64,000 nucleotides of DNA, taken from positions 1 to 64,000 of the forward strand of contig JASTWF010000330.1 of the NCBI GenBank assembly GCA_030390025.1, given 5' to 3'. The stretch is from Squalus acanthias (Eukaryota). Within the stretch, counting starts at the first letter, position 1, and each line of letters opens with the position of its first letter. Below, one piece after another: positions 1 to 11,255 of the stretch. The translations under genes were made by a program, and so were the position numbers. Below the pieces are notes generated by a model, which saw only the letters and a program-made list of their open reading frames with translations, did no database searches and had not been told where the DNA came from.

Positions 1-135
1 CTCTGTTATCACTTTACTCTAGTTGTCACTTTACTCTGTTGTCACTTTACTCTGTTTCCCCTTTAACCTGTTTCCCCTTTACCCTGTTTCCCTGTTGCCC
101 CATTGCCCACTCACCTGACCTTTCTGCTTTCGCAG

Positions 136-248
136 TTCTTCATAGCTGAGCAAGCCAAAGATTCGCCGTACTGGATCGGGCTGACTGACGCGGTGACTGA
201 AGGGAGCTGGGTCTGGGTCGATGGGACCAAGGTCATTGACGGAACAAC
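136..248 (+). CDS. C-type lectin domain protein, penultimate coding exon
   Basis: Polypyrimidine tract + cgcag acceptor and gtgagt donor; translates FFIAEQAKDSPYWIGLTDAVTEGSWVWVDGT (WIGL and WxWVDG CTLD motifs); ends in phase 2. Confidence 0.9.
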
Positions 249-269
249 GTGAGTAACAGAGAGGTTCAG

Positions 270-1160
270 GGGTTGGGGTAGGGCAGGGATCAGACCGACG
301 AGTCTGGGGAGCAGGGGATGGACTGAGGCTCAGCAGACGAGGGGATAGTCTGATTTTCAGTGGTCAGACGGAGGGTCAGACGAGCAGGGGATAGACTGTG
401 GGTCAGAGGTTATACTGCGGGTCAGGGGTTAGACTGAGGGTCAGGGGACCAGGGGGTCAGACGCCGGCTCAGGGGTTCGAGTGAGGGTCTGGAGTCAGGC
501 GGAGGATTCGGGGAAAAGGGGTCAGACTAAGGTTTGGGGAACAGAGTTCAGCCTGAGGTTCAGGGGAGGGGTCAGACAGGATCAAGGGACAAGGGGTCAG
601 ACTGAGGGTCAAGGGTTGGGCTGACGGTCAGGGGAGCTGAGTTCAGACTGAGGGTCAGGGGAGAAGGAGTCAGACAGGATCAGGGGACAAGGGGTCAGAC
701 TGAGGGTCAAGGGTTGGGCTGACGGTCAGGGGAGCTGAGTTCAGCCTGAGGGTCAGGGGAGGGGTCAGACAGGATCAGGGGACAAGGGGTCAGACTGAGG
801 GTCAAGGGTTGGGCTGACGGTCAGGGGAGCTGAGTTCAGACTGAGGGTCAGGGGAGAAGGAGTCAGACAGGATCAGGGGACGAGGGGTCAGACTGAGGGT
901 CATGGGTTGGTCTGAGGGTCAGGGGAGCTGAGTTCAGACTGAGGGTCAGGGGTTGGGCTGATTGTCAGGGGAGCTGAGTTCAGACTGAGGGTCAGGGGAG
1001 AAGGGGTCACACAGGAGCAGAGGACGAGGGGTCAGACTGAGGGTCAGGGGAGAAGGGGTCAGACAGGATCAGGGGTTGGACTGAGGGTAAGGGGAGCAGA
1101 GTTCAGACTGACGGTCAGGGGTCAGGCTGAGGGTCAGAGAAACAGAGGTCAGACAGGGTC
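270..1160. repeat. G-rich degenerate tandem repeat (ggggtcagactgagggtca) in the lectin intron
   Basis: Motif recurs throughout, with larger near-identical blocks at about 560-900. Confidence 0.85.
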
Positions 1161-1278
1161 ACGGTAATAAAACAACTGGTTCGAATTGGGGGCAGTTCCC
1201 TTCAGCGCTACGTACAAATAACTCAGCAACCCGGGATTCCACGAGGTGAGCATTTACCCTTTTCTATTTCTTCGTAAG

Positions 1279-1462
1279 ATTCTGGGCAGTTGGACAACCG
1301 GACAACGCTTTCAACAAGACGCACAGGATGACGGAGAACTGCGGCGTCTTGAGCCAGCGACGCTGGTACGACGAGGCCTGCTCGAGGAAGTACGCGGCCA
1401 TCTGCGAAAAGACCGCGATCAGGCTTCACCTGATCTTCCAGCGAATGCGCAGGAGACGCTGA
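1279..1462 (+). CDS. C-type lectin domain protein, last coding exon
   Basis: ag acceptor in matching phase; FWAVGQPDN...ENCGVLSQRRWYDEACSRKYAAICEK...RRRR* with QPD, WxD and conserved cysteines. Confidence 0.9.
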
Positions 1463-1859
1463 GGAGCATTGTGGGGATGGGTGGCGTCTGCTATTGTTTT
1501 TTTATTGTTCCTGTGGGGTTTTTTTGAACAAAGGAGGGGGTGGGTGGGGGGGAGGCGGGGAACCTTTGTCGATCCGTTGTTTCATTCGATTCTCTTTTCA
1601 GATTGACTTCGAGTTTTCGGAAACGCAAAGAAGAGTCGGGAGTTTAAACCCCCCGGGATCTCGCTTTTGCGCCGAGGTTTGCTTTGCTGATTTTTCTTGC
1701 GAGTTGATTTTGGCAGAATGCCGGGCCATTTGCGCTGGCTCCTGACGTCTCCCACCCACCACGCCCACTCGAGGTCACAGAGCAAAGCTCCGGGCGTGAC
1801 AGGACGTTACATTCTGGGCCTCACGCTGCGAGTGTCACAAGGCGTCACACTCGGTGTTA

Positions 1860-2545
1860 CATTCTGTGCATCAAACTGGACATCACGCTCTGGCCGTCAC
1901 ACATTGGACATCACGCTCTGGCCGTCACACACTGGCCATCGCACATTGGATGTCACACGCTGGGCGTCACACACTGGCAGTCACACATTGGATGTCGCGC
2001 TCTGGGAGTCACACACTGACCGTCACACATTGGATGTCACGCTCTGGGCGTCACACACTGGAAGTCACATATTGGACGTCACGCTCTGGCCGTCACACAG
2101 TGGATGTCACACACTGGAAGTCACACATTGGGCGGCATGCTCTGGGCGTCACACATTGGAAGTCACACATTAGACGTCACCCCCTGGGCATCACATATTG
2201 GACGTCACGCTCTGGGCATCACACACTGGAAGTCACACATTGGACGTCACGCTCTGGACGTCACACATTGGACGTCACATACCGGAAGTCACACATTGGA
2301 CGTCACGCTCTGGGCATCACACACTGGCCGTCACACATTGGACGTCACGCTCTGGGCGTCACACATTGGACATCACACACTGGCCGTCATGCTCTGGGCG
2401 TCACACACTGGCCGTCACACATTGGACGTCACGCTCTGGGCGTCACACACTGGCCGTCACGCTCTGGGCGTCACACACTGGCCGTCATACATTGGACATC
2501 TCGCTCTGGGCGTCACACACTGGCCGTCACACCACCTTGTCACCA
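1860..2545. repeat. Tandem repeat of ~14-15 bp subunits (gtcacacattggac / gtcacgctctgggc), probably within the lectin 3' UTR
   Basis: Directly visible; explains the overlapping HT-rich ORFs. Confidence 0.9.
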
Positions 2546-2753
2546 CGAGCCGTGAACACATCAAACTCTGACCTCAGGACCTCCTTTCTGATGCGCAGTT
2601 TAAATTCTGAGTTCCCATGGGGCCGGGTTCTCTCTACATTTCCGATCGTTGCTTGCATGTTAACAGCAGTTATTTCCTGACAAGGTTTAATTTACGTAGA
2701 CTGGGGAGAGATGGCTGGTTGCAAACAGTTTCATTCACTAATTTCCTTGTTGC

Positions 2754-2759
2754 AATAAA
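2754..2759 (+). terminator. Candidate polyadenylation signal of the lectin gene
   Basis: AATAAA downstream of the stop codon, followed by a GT-rich stretch (gtggtgtgtgtt). Confidence 0.5.
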
Positions 2760-2804
2760 AACTCTTTTCATTCCAGTGGTGTGTGTTACAGATATTTCGT
2801 GGAT

Positions 2805-4630
2805 CAGTACTGAGGAAGCGCTGCACTGTGGGAGGGGTAGTACTGAGAGAGCTCCGCACTGTCGGAGGGGCAGTACTGAGGGAGCGTTGCACTGTCGGAG
2901 GGGGCAGTACTGAGGGAGCACCGCACTGTGGGAGGGGCAGTACTGAGGGAGCGCTGCACTGTCGGAGGGGCAATACTGAGGGAGCGCTGCACTGTCGGAG
3001 GGGCAGTACTGAGGGAGCGCTGCACTGTCGAAGGGGCAGTACTGAGGGAGCGCTGCACTGCCGGAGGGGCAGTACTGAGGGAACGCTGCACTATTGGAGG
3101 GGCAGTACTGAGGCAGTGCTACACTGTCGGAGGGGCAGTAATGAGGGAGCATTGCACTGTCGGAGGGGCAGTAATGAGGGAGCACTGCACTGTCGGAGGG
3201 GCAGTACTGAGGGAGCGCTGCACTGTGGGAGGGGTAGTATGAGGGAGCGCTGCACTGTCGGAGGGGCAGTACTGAGGGAGCGCTGCACTGTCGGAGGGGC
3301 ATTAATGAGGGAGCATTGCACTGTCGGAGGGGCAGTACTGAGGGAGCGCTGCACTGTGGGAGGGGCAGTACTGAGGGAGCATTGCACTGTTGGAGGGGCA
3401 GTACTGAGGGAGCGCTGCACTGTCATAGGGACAGTTTTGAGGGAGCACTGCACTGTCAGAGGGACAGTACTGAGGGAGCGCTGCACTGTGGGAGGGGCAG
3501 TACTGAGGGAGCGCTGCACTGTCGGAGGGGCAATACTGAGGGAGCGCTGCACTGTCTGGGGGCAGTACTGAGGGAGCGCTGCACTGTCGGAGGGGCAGAA
3601 CTGAGGGAGCGCTGCACTGTCGAAGGGGCAGTACTGAGGGAGCGCTGCACTGTCGGAGGGGCAGTACTGAGGGAACGCTGCACTGTTGGAGGGGCAGTAC
3701 TGAGGCAGTGCTGCACTGTCGGAGGGGCAGTACTGAGGGAGCGCTGCACTATCGGAGGGCAGTACTGAGGGAGCGCTGCACTGTTGGAGGGGCAGTACTG
3801 AGGGAGCGCTGCACTGTCGGAGGGGCAATACTGAGGGAGCGCTGCACTGTCGGAGGGGCAGTACTGAGGGAGCGCTGCACTGTCGGAGGGGCAGTACTGA
3901 GGGAGCGCTGCATTGTCGAAGGGGCAGTACTGAGTGAGCGCTGCACTGTCGAAGGGGCAGTACTGAGGGAGCGCTGCACTGTCGGAGGGGCAGTACTGAG
4001 GGAACGCTGCACTGTTGGAGGGGCAGTAATGAGGGAGCATTGCACTGTTGGAGGGGCAGTAATGAGGGAGCGCTGCACTGTCGGAGGGGCAGTACTGAGG
4101 GAGCGCTGCACTGTGGGAGGGGTAGTATGATGGAGCGCTGCACTGTCGGAGGGGCATTAATGAGGGAGCATTGCACTGTCGGGGGGTAGTACTGAGGGAG
4201 CGCTGCACTGTCGAAGGGGCAATACTGAGGGAGCGCTGCACTGTCGGAGGGGCAGTAATGAGGGAGCGCTGCACTGTCGGAGGGGCAGTACTGAGGGAGC
4301 GCTGCATTGTCGGAGGGCAGTACTGAGGGAGTGCTGCACTGTCAGAGGGGCTCTACTGAGGGAGCGCTGCACTGTCGGAGGGGCAGTAATGAGGGAGCGC
4401 TGCACTGTCGGAGGGGCAGTACTGAGGGAGCGCTGCATTGTCGGAGGGCAGTACTGAGGGAGTGCTGCACTGTCGGAGGGGCAGTAATGAGGGAGCATTG
4501 CACTGTCGGAAGGGCAGTACTGAGGGAGCCCTGCACTGTCGGAGGGCAGTACTGAGGGAGCGCTGCACTCTCGGAGGGGCAGTAATGAGGGAGCATTGCA
4601 CTGTCGGAGGAGCAGTAATGAGGGAGCGCT
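2805..4630. repeat. 33-bp minisatellite (cagtactgagggagcgctgcactgtcggagggg), about 55 copies
   Basis: Directly visible period; unit matches part of the DeuSINE at 48800-48835. Confidence 0.97.
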
Positions 4631-5013
4631 TGTAAGGGGTATCTTAAGTAAGCGGTTCGAATCGACCAACACCCCTCCGGTTCCTAGACTTTGGGCTTAT
4701 TTAGGGGTTGTGAACAAAATTGCAGTAAACAGGTTCTGATGAAAGAAATTTACTTTATTAAAAGAAAAAGGTAACAAACTTGAAACACACTTATTACTTT
4801 AACACAGATTCGGGGAACACACGGTACAAGCGAGGGAAATGACAGTATATCAAACAAAACCTTATCCCTCCCAAATATCCCACTATCTGGCTAGGTTTTT
4901 GGTTTCAGGAGATCAGGAATAATGCTCACCAACGAGTCCTTGACAGGATATTAGAGTCTTTTTGTTTAAAAGGACTCCGGAAGGCCCTTATGGTTTCTTC
5001 TTGCGTGCTGGTC
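4631..5013 (-). repeat. Partial 3' LTR (R-U5 part only), diverged from the 5' LTR
   Basis: Aligns by eye with 8703-9160 with many substitutions and indels; shared minus-strand AATAAA; terminal CA. Confidence 0.85.
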
Positions 5014-5850
5014 TCTGAGCCTACCACTGTGTTCCCATCCTTCAGGATCTTTCTTAACTGGGTTTTTAAACCATTTATCTGTGTCTGTAATTCCATGTCA
5101 TCCAGGCTATTTATTACAGTGGACCCTGTACTATAGGCAGTGAAAACATCATTCCAGGCTCCCCTTCTTTGTCTACCCGTGCCCATAGGGTTCTCGGGGT
5201 GTATTCTGTATAGCTCTACTTGGTCTATATTGGCAAAATCAAATTCGTAAAATTTCCAAACATTTCCTTCAGCAGGGCCTGGTACAGCTGCTCCGTCTCC
5301 TTAGGACACCACTCAGGTAAGTATACCTCGGTAAGGTTTAATATTACTGAAGCTACTGCATAGTGTACCCCCTGGTATAGTACCTTTTCAGTTGGTACTA
5401 GGACTAACCCATTCCCTGATCCCTTGGTGGTGGTAGGACACTTTTCTTCCAGAGTTTTCGGTACCTGGGTCGTGCGTAGGGGCTTTCGGGTGTGTGCCAC
5501 GAGTTCAGTGGCATTAACTGGGACCAGAATATGTGGGACCACGCACCCATGCAGGCTAGAATCCCACCCATACTCTCCCCGGCATCTTGCCATTGGCTGG
5601 AGAAGATGATGGATACCCCTGTGGGGCAGGTTTCCTCTGATCCCCAAGTACAAACATAGACTCCCTGTTCCGACTCCCACCACTTATCCCAACAAACAGT
5701 AACTCCTCCTTGGGTCCCTGTGATTGTCCGGTGGGTGTCGTTCCCTAATCTTTCCCAGTCGGCTGTATGGTCCCCTGCGTCCCTGTTCAGCTTCCTGAGC
5801 CACCACCACCTATTCAGGGGAATTCGTCCCTTACAGGCAAGGCACACACG
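5014..5850 (-). pseudogene. env: env remnant (frameshifted, truncated before any membrane anchor)
   Basis: N-glycan sequons (NDT, NAT, NLT); furin site RQRR (5174-5163) followed by GAWNDVFTAYSTG and a heptad-like LQTQINGLKTQLRKIL; 5' boundary uncertain. Confidence 0.7.
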
Positions 5851-6249
5851 CTTCCCCTCGGTGACACTGACCCTTGTGGCAACGACCTGTATTCTGGGGC
5901 ATGGGAGGGAGGCCTCCCCGTACGTGAACCCGGCCTGGTTGGAGTATTTAGTAGAGTTGGACCCCAGCCAACTTTAGAACGCTCCCTGCTCTTGGGCGCT
6001 CTTTATCGGGTTGCAACCCTCTTTGGGTGGGACCCTGAAAACTGATACACCTGTGGCCACAGTCGCCTTGGCTGTGGTGTCCGGGGAGACCTTCTTAGGG
6101 CTCTGGCCACTGGGGGTGTGCTTGAGTCCCACATAATCGGGGGAGGGTTCTCTCCTGTGAAACAACACACTGTTCCTCCCGCTGCAGCTTGTGCGTCTGC
6201 CACAGCTGCTGCTGGCTGAGGATTTCTAACTTGGGGGCAGTCCACCTTT

Positions 6250-6876
6250 GCTGGCTGTTCCCCCTTAGGTTTAAACAGTTTGCACTGGTTGATCTCCCAC
6301 CCATGGGTTCTCTGGGGTTCTAACAGCAGCCGATTTTTCTGGTGCTGGCTCCCAAGGTTACTGGCTGCTTGCCAGTGACTCTGTTTTAAAATCTCGTCCT
6401 CTGCCCTGAACAGACCTTCTAGGGACTCCCCACTATCTCTCTTTACCAGGACTGCCTTGAAGACGGGATTCTGAGCTTGGACCTGCTTCAAGTCCGGGGG
6501 CAAAGCTACCCCCTGTGTGCCTCCCTTGTCCCGGATTGCATCTACCAGACCTGCTTTATAGGGATCCCAGAACTCTTCTTCCCTGGCCCCCTGCTTGGCC
6601 AACTTGCCGGCCTTTTGGGTTACCCTCCCACGTGGTATGGAGGGATCCTAAATCTATGTCCAACGGTTTGGACATTGCCCCAGCCTGCTTGTTCCCTGTG
6701 AACCCCATTAAACTGTACGGGACCCCGTTAGACCTGGGTGAATTGGTCAGGTCTGCCGAATGGACCACCGTGCTGGCAGCTCCGCCGGCCACCAAACATC
6801 TCCCCTGCACTTTCTCCACCCCCTTCTTAACATCGTATCCCGGGGAACACAGGTGGACAGGCTGCGCTGGTTCTAG
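6250..6876 (-). pseudogene. pol: pol remnant: degenerate protease, RNase H C-terminus and integrase ends; RT and IN core missing
   Basis: CLVAGGAASTVV (DTGA-like but lacking Asp), LMGFTG, EGN..LAKQGA across a frameshift, LKQVQAQNP, INQCKLFKP. Confidence 0.6.
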
Positions 6877-8700
6877 TCATAGGTCTGCGTTAGGGGGAGC
6901 AGATGGGATTAATGCACCAGTGGCTGCAGCTGCCTTCCCTGGGCCACCAAACAGGACTCTGATGGCCGCTACTATTGTGTCCAGTGTGGGGGAAGAGGTC
7001 AGTGCCTCTACTTTTGGGGCAAAAGCGAGGGAATTCTTTGTTAGCATATCCTTCCAGGGATTCCTACAGTTCTTTCTCCAGTGCCCACTCTTCCCGCACC
7101 CGAAGCAGTTACGCTTCGTGTCGGAAGGTTCACCACCTTCCTGGTGCCACTCCTCCTTATCCTGACTGGGCTTTATTTCATACACCTTTCCTTTTGGCGG
7201 GGGCTCTTCAGCTCCTCTACCGTTCCGGTAGGCTAGGGTCAGTTGTCTGACCACTGCCTCCTCGGTGACCCGGGGATCTCTTGGGTCAAACCAAAGCTCA
7301 GCCTTGGCATTGATTCGTGGCAAGCTGTTTGCCACTAGGCTACGGAGCCAGTGGGCCAGCTCGTCCCTGTTCAGGTTAGCTCGGTCGAGATCCCCATTAC
7401 AAGCACCCTTGTACACAGGCCACAGTCTGTCTGCGAAAGCCTGTGGGGTCTCCCCTGCGAGCTGCACTGTTTTCTCCACCCGGGAGAAAGGACTTCCCTC
7501 ATTCATTCCCATGGCCTCTAAAACCTCCTCGCTGATGGCAGCATACCCGTTCTGTCCTCTCTTGCTCTCAGCAGAGAGGGACTGGTATAGCTTGCCATCT
7601 AATGAGAACAGGAGCATTTTTGCCATCTCGGCATCATCACAGTCGTTGATGCCTGCTGCCTGTTCCACTTCCATGAAGTGGACTGAGGGGTCCCCTTTTT
7701 GTGTGAGCTTACTCAGGTGGCTTACCATAGCCCTAAGCTGTTGTGTACCGTGGGGAGCCAAGAATTGACTTTCAAGGGGTCCCTGACCTCCACCACCGGC
7801 GGGCGGGCAAAACTTTTGCTGTCGTGCTGGGCAGATTGGCCCTGGCTACAACTTCTCCTGCATCGGTTTGCCCCCCTCTCCCTGCTGCCAGACCGAGTCA
7901 AAACTCGGCGCCACAGGTGCTGGTGTGCACTCCCTGTCAGCCTCACAGATTGTCTGCCCTTCCTGCTGCCTAACCAAGCTTCTCCTTGGCGCCATAGGTG
8001 GTGGTCGAACAGTCTCCCCTTGCTCTTCCAGGTCTACCTGGGCCGCACCCGGGCTTACCAGGCACATCATGCCTTTTGTCTTAGACAGAGCAATTTTCAG
8101 ACTCTCAATCTGCTTCTGACAGGGGCCGTGGTCCCCTACCTCAAACCCCCTTGTACTGGCTCATCTGTAAGCTGCCTGAACATCTTTTAAGTTCTCTTTG
8201 AGTTCTCTTAATTGCTTGGCAAGGCGGGTGTTCTCTTCCCGTAATGCCAGTTCACTACTTTTGGCCTCGGTGGCCTGACACTGGAGGTATCCCTTACTGG
8301 CACGGTGTTCCTCTAGTATCTGTGACTGTTCCTGATCTTTTGTGTTTAGCTCTGCTAACAACCTCTCCCCTGCTATAGCTCTGGCACGGGACAGTTGGCT
8401 TTCTTCCTTTAGCTCTTCTGTGAGAGCCTGAATGCGCTTCCCCATAAGCTGCATTTGTTTCTGGGAGCAGACCAACCATATGGCTTTCTCCACAGACTTA
8501 TTGTATTCCTTGCACTCAGTCCATGTAGCTGCAGCGTCCATAGGACGTTCAACATGCAACAGCCTGAGGACCCATTTCTTGGTGACATTGACATTTTTAT
8601 ATACATAGGATGACATCCTCACTTCCATTCTTGCTCTCTCCTCGAAACCAGCATTTACTGCTTCACAACCCTTTCGCCAAAGTCCTGCCGCGGTTGCCAT
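6877..8700 (-). pseudogene. gag: gag, single frame of about 607 codons with two premature stops (8161-8163, 7846-7848)
   Basis: Three track ORFs (8161-8727, 7846-8070, 6877-7761) share one frame; N-terminal coiled-coil region; zinc knuckle CFGCGKSGHWRKNC. Confidence 0.85.
8682..8699 (-). promoter_or_regulatory. Primer binding site, tRNA-Arg(TCG)-like
   Basis: TGGCAACCGCGGCAGGAC, 3 nt after the LTR CA; 17/18 complementary to the recalled vertebrate tRNA-Arg-TCG 3' end GTCCTGCCGCGGTCGCCA. Confidence 0.8.
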
Positions 8701-8702
8701 TT

Positions 8703-10019
8703 TGTAGGGGGTGGAATGTGGGGTCAACCTTCGCCTCTGACTCAGTGAGCGGTTCGAATCGCTCCCACGCCCCTGGTTCTAGACTTTGGACTTGTTTAGG
8801 GGTTGTGAACAAAGATGCAGTAGACAACAGGTTCTGATGAAGGAATTTTGACTTTATTAAAAGAAAAAGGTAACAAACTTAAAATACACTTAATACTTAA
8901 ACACAGGTTGGGGAACACACGGTACAGCCGAGGCGAGAACGACAATATACAAAAAAAACGTCTCCCTCCCAAAAATCCCACTATCTAGCTAGGTTTTGGT
9001 TTCAGGAGATCAGGGATAATGCTCACCAAACGAATCCTTGACAGTTGAGAATTAGGGTTTAGAGTCTTTTGAGTAAAAGGTTTCGTAAGGCCCTTGTTGC
9101 TGCGAGGTGTCCGATGGCCACTGAGGCAGTCGCTCTGGTTTCTCCTTGCGTGTTGGTCTGCTTTCCTCCTTCTGCTCGCGGCTTGTGTTGTCTTGCTGGA
9201 GCAGAGCTGAGAGAGAGCTGTGCGAGCGTTGAGAGCATTGTCAGAGAATCCAGAGAGAGATAGAGTCTTGGGGGATTAGGCCCCCAATTATACTGTTCAT
9301 CCCCTTTGTCCTTTTCGCACCCAAAACCCCTTAATAAATCGGTTTCCTTTAGATTTCAAATGAGCCCTGTTTATTCCATTGTCTTAGTTTTGGCGGGCTT
9401 GTCAGTTTCGATGGCTTTAACTTGGTGTTAAATATGCCCCGATGGCTTCCGATGTTTCCATTTGGGCAGGGTCTTTATCTGCGCGCCAAATCTTGTCCCT
9501 ATTGTCCTAGGTTTTTTGGTGGGCTTGTAAAACTGACCCTGTGGATACCTGGTTGATTGGTTTTTGATGAAGTAATCGGGGTACTAAATGTTTTATTGAT
9601 TTCAGGCTTCTGGTATCCTGTTTGGGCCTGTGAATTTCAAAAGAGGACTTGGTTTATTCATATTTCGATGTGTGTGTGAGGCTTTGGGTTTGTCTCTTCC
9701 TCCTTGGTAGGAATGCAGTGTAAACAAATTCCCCAACAGCTTGATTGGGCCCCAATACCCAAAGCTGTCCACTGCCTAGCCACGCCCCTCTGCAGCCTGT
9801 CTGTGTCTGTGAAAGGTGTCTTTCCCAACAGTAAGATTCAGAAAGTCATTTTCCGCATGTTTTTTTCTTCCCTGATCTTTAAAATGTCCAAAACTGAGGT
9901 TTTTTTTTACCTCAAATCACTTCACTAAGGTCCCATCATCCCAAGTTTGTATGAAAGGTCCAAAAATCACTCCCTTTAGGGTTCTGTTCGAGTTTCTGGG
10001 GGATTTTGCGAAGCCTACA
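8703..10019 (-). repeat. 5' LTR, about 1317 bp
   Basis: 6-bp terminal inverted repeat TGTAGG/CCTACA, TATAA near 9290, AATAAA near 8855, adjacent PBS. Confidence 0.8.
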
Positions 10020-10115
10020 GCAGGTAGGTGGAGTTAAGATACAGACGAGCCATGATCTAAATGAATGGCGGATCAGGCTCGAGGGGCCGAATGGCCTACT
10101 CCAGTTCCTGTATAA
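10020..10115 (+). mobile_element. CR1 LINE 3' tail fragment
   Basis: gccatgatct..gaatggcgga..ggctcgaggggccgaatggcctactcc matches the other CR1 3' ends in this window. Confidence 0.75.
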
Positions 10116-10174
10116 AGTCCGAACACACGCAACCCATTGCCCAATACTGAAACAAAAACCGAGGACGTGTTTGT

Positions 10175-10455
10175 CAGACGATGCTCACAGAATGAGAACA
10201 ATGGACTCTGCATAAAAAAAAGGCACAGATAAGATCTGCCGCAGGCCAGATACAAATTCAGCAACATATGCAAACAAGAGTGAGGAGAGAGACAGCTGGG
10301 AGAGTGTTTGTGTAACCAGAACACGCAATATTGTGAGGCAGCTGACCAGATATCAATTTCCGAGACCCTGACTGCTGCTCACCCGCTAACATTGGGACAG
10401 TAAAGGGGCTGCGATGGTCTCTGCATCTAAATTTCAGGTCAAGCATCACTGAGAG
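10175..10455 (-). repeat. Dispersed ~280-bp element, copy 1 of 3 (candidate promoter/first-exon duplicate)
   Basis: Homologous to 21275-21545 (+) and 48995-49390 (-); shared core gagaccatcgca..tttactgtcccaATGTTAGCGGgtgagcagcagtcag. Confidence 0.8.
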
Positions 10456-10475
10456 TGAATTAGCGAACGATTCAC

Positions 10476-10790
10476 GATGGCATAGTGGTTAGCACTGTTT
10501 CCTCATAGCGCCAGAGACCCGGGTTCGAATCCGGCCTCGGGTGACTATCTCTGTGGAGTTTGCACATTCTCCCTGTGTCTGCGTGGGTTTCCTCCGGGTG
10601 CTCCGGTTTTCTCCCACAGTCCAAAGATGTACGGGTTCGGTTGATTTGGCTATGATAAATCGACCCTTAGTGTTAGGGGGGATTAAATACGTGGGGTTAC
10701 GGGGATAGGGTGGGATATGTGTCGGTGCAGGCTCGATGGGCCGAAGTGGCCTCTATCTGCACTGTGGGGATTCTGTGATTCTGTGATCAT
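10476..10790 (+). mobile_element. HE1-like V-SINE
   Basis: tRNA-like head (tagtggttagcac..gggttcgaatcc), V-domain gtttgcacattctccctgtgtctgcgtgggtttcctccgggtgctccgg, CR1-type tail ending (gattctgt)n. Confidence 0.9.
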
Positions 10791-10869
10791 GCAGTCTGTA
10801 AAACAGAGGCAGTTACTGATCGACCATTGTATATGTATAGTATATTCTCTCTCCAACACTCAGTGCCCA

Positions 10870-11255
10870 TTACTGTCCCTTAGGGGAGGAAACCGGCCAT
10901 TCTTACCCGGTCTGGCCTATATGTGACTCCAGTCCCACACCAACATGGCTGAATCTTAACTGACCTCAAGTAGCCACTCAGTTGTCTCGATCCGCCACCA
11001 GCGATTCAAGAAGGGTACGGGAGCATAGTGGTTATGTTACTGATCCAGAGGCCTGGACTAATGATCCGGAGACGTGAGTTCAAATCCCACCACTGGCAGC
11101 TGGGGAATTTAAATTCAGTTCATTAAATCAATCTGGAATAAAGCTAGTGTCAGTAATGGACCATGAAACTACCGGATTGTCGTAAAAACCCACTGGTTCA
11201 CGAATGACCTTTCGAGAGGGGAACCTTCTCTCCTTACCTGATCTGGGCCTATATG
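10870..11255 (+). mobile_element. tRNA-derived SINE fragments, same family as 49430-49830
   Basis: ggttatgttact..gtgagttcaaatcc..gtaaaaaccc.ctggttcac..cttacc.ggtctggcctatatgtgactccag. Confidence 0.7.

Larger units (their letters stand above)
4631..10019 (-). mobile_element. Env-bearing endogenous retrovirus-like element with pol largely deleted (possibly lokiretrovirus-like)
   Basis: LTR 8703-10019 bounded by tgtagg...cctaca, PBS, gag with CCHC, protease/RNase H/integrase remnants, env remnant, partial second LTR 4631-5013. Confidence 0.85.

Noticed and set aside
1246..1527. 93-aa track ORF as the gene product
   Set aside because: Wrong frame; the lectin exon reads in another frame from 1280
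1697..4672. Many long ORFs (HT-rich, LRERCTVGGAV repeats)
   Set aside because: Open frames through tandem repeats on both strands, with no domain or splice evidence
8730..8770. tRNA-like ggttcgaatc B-box in the LTR, and tRNA-like SINE heads
   Set aside because: No complete cloverleaf; these are parts of an LTR or SINEs, not tRNA genes
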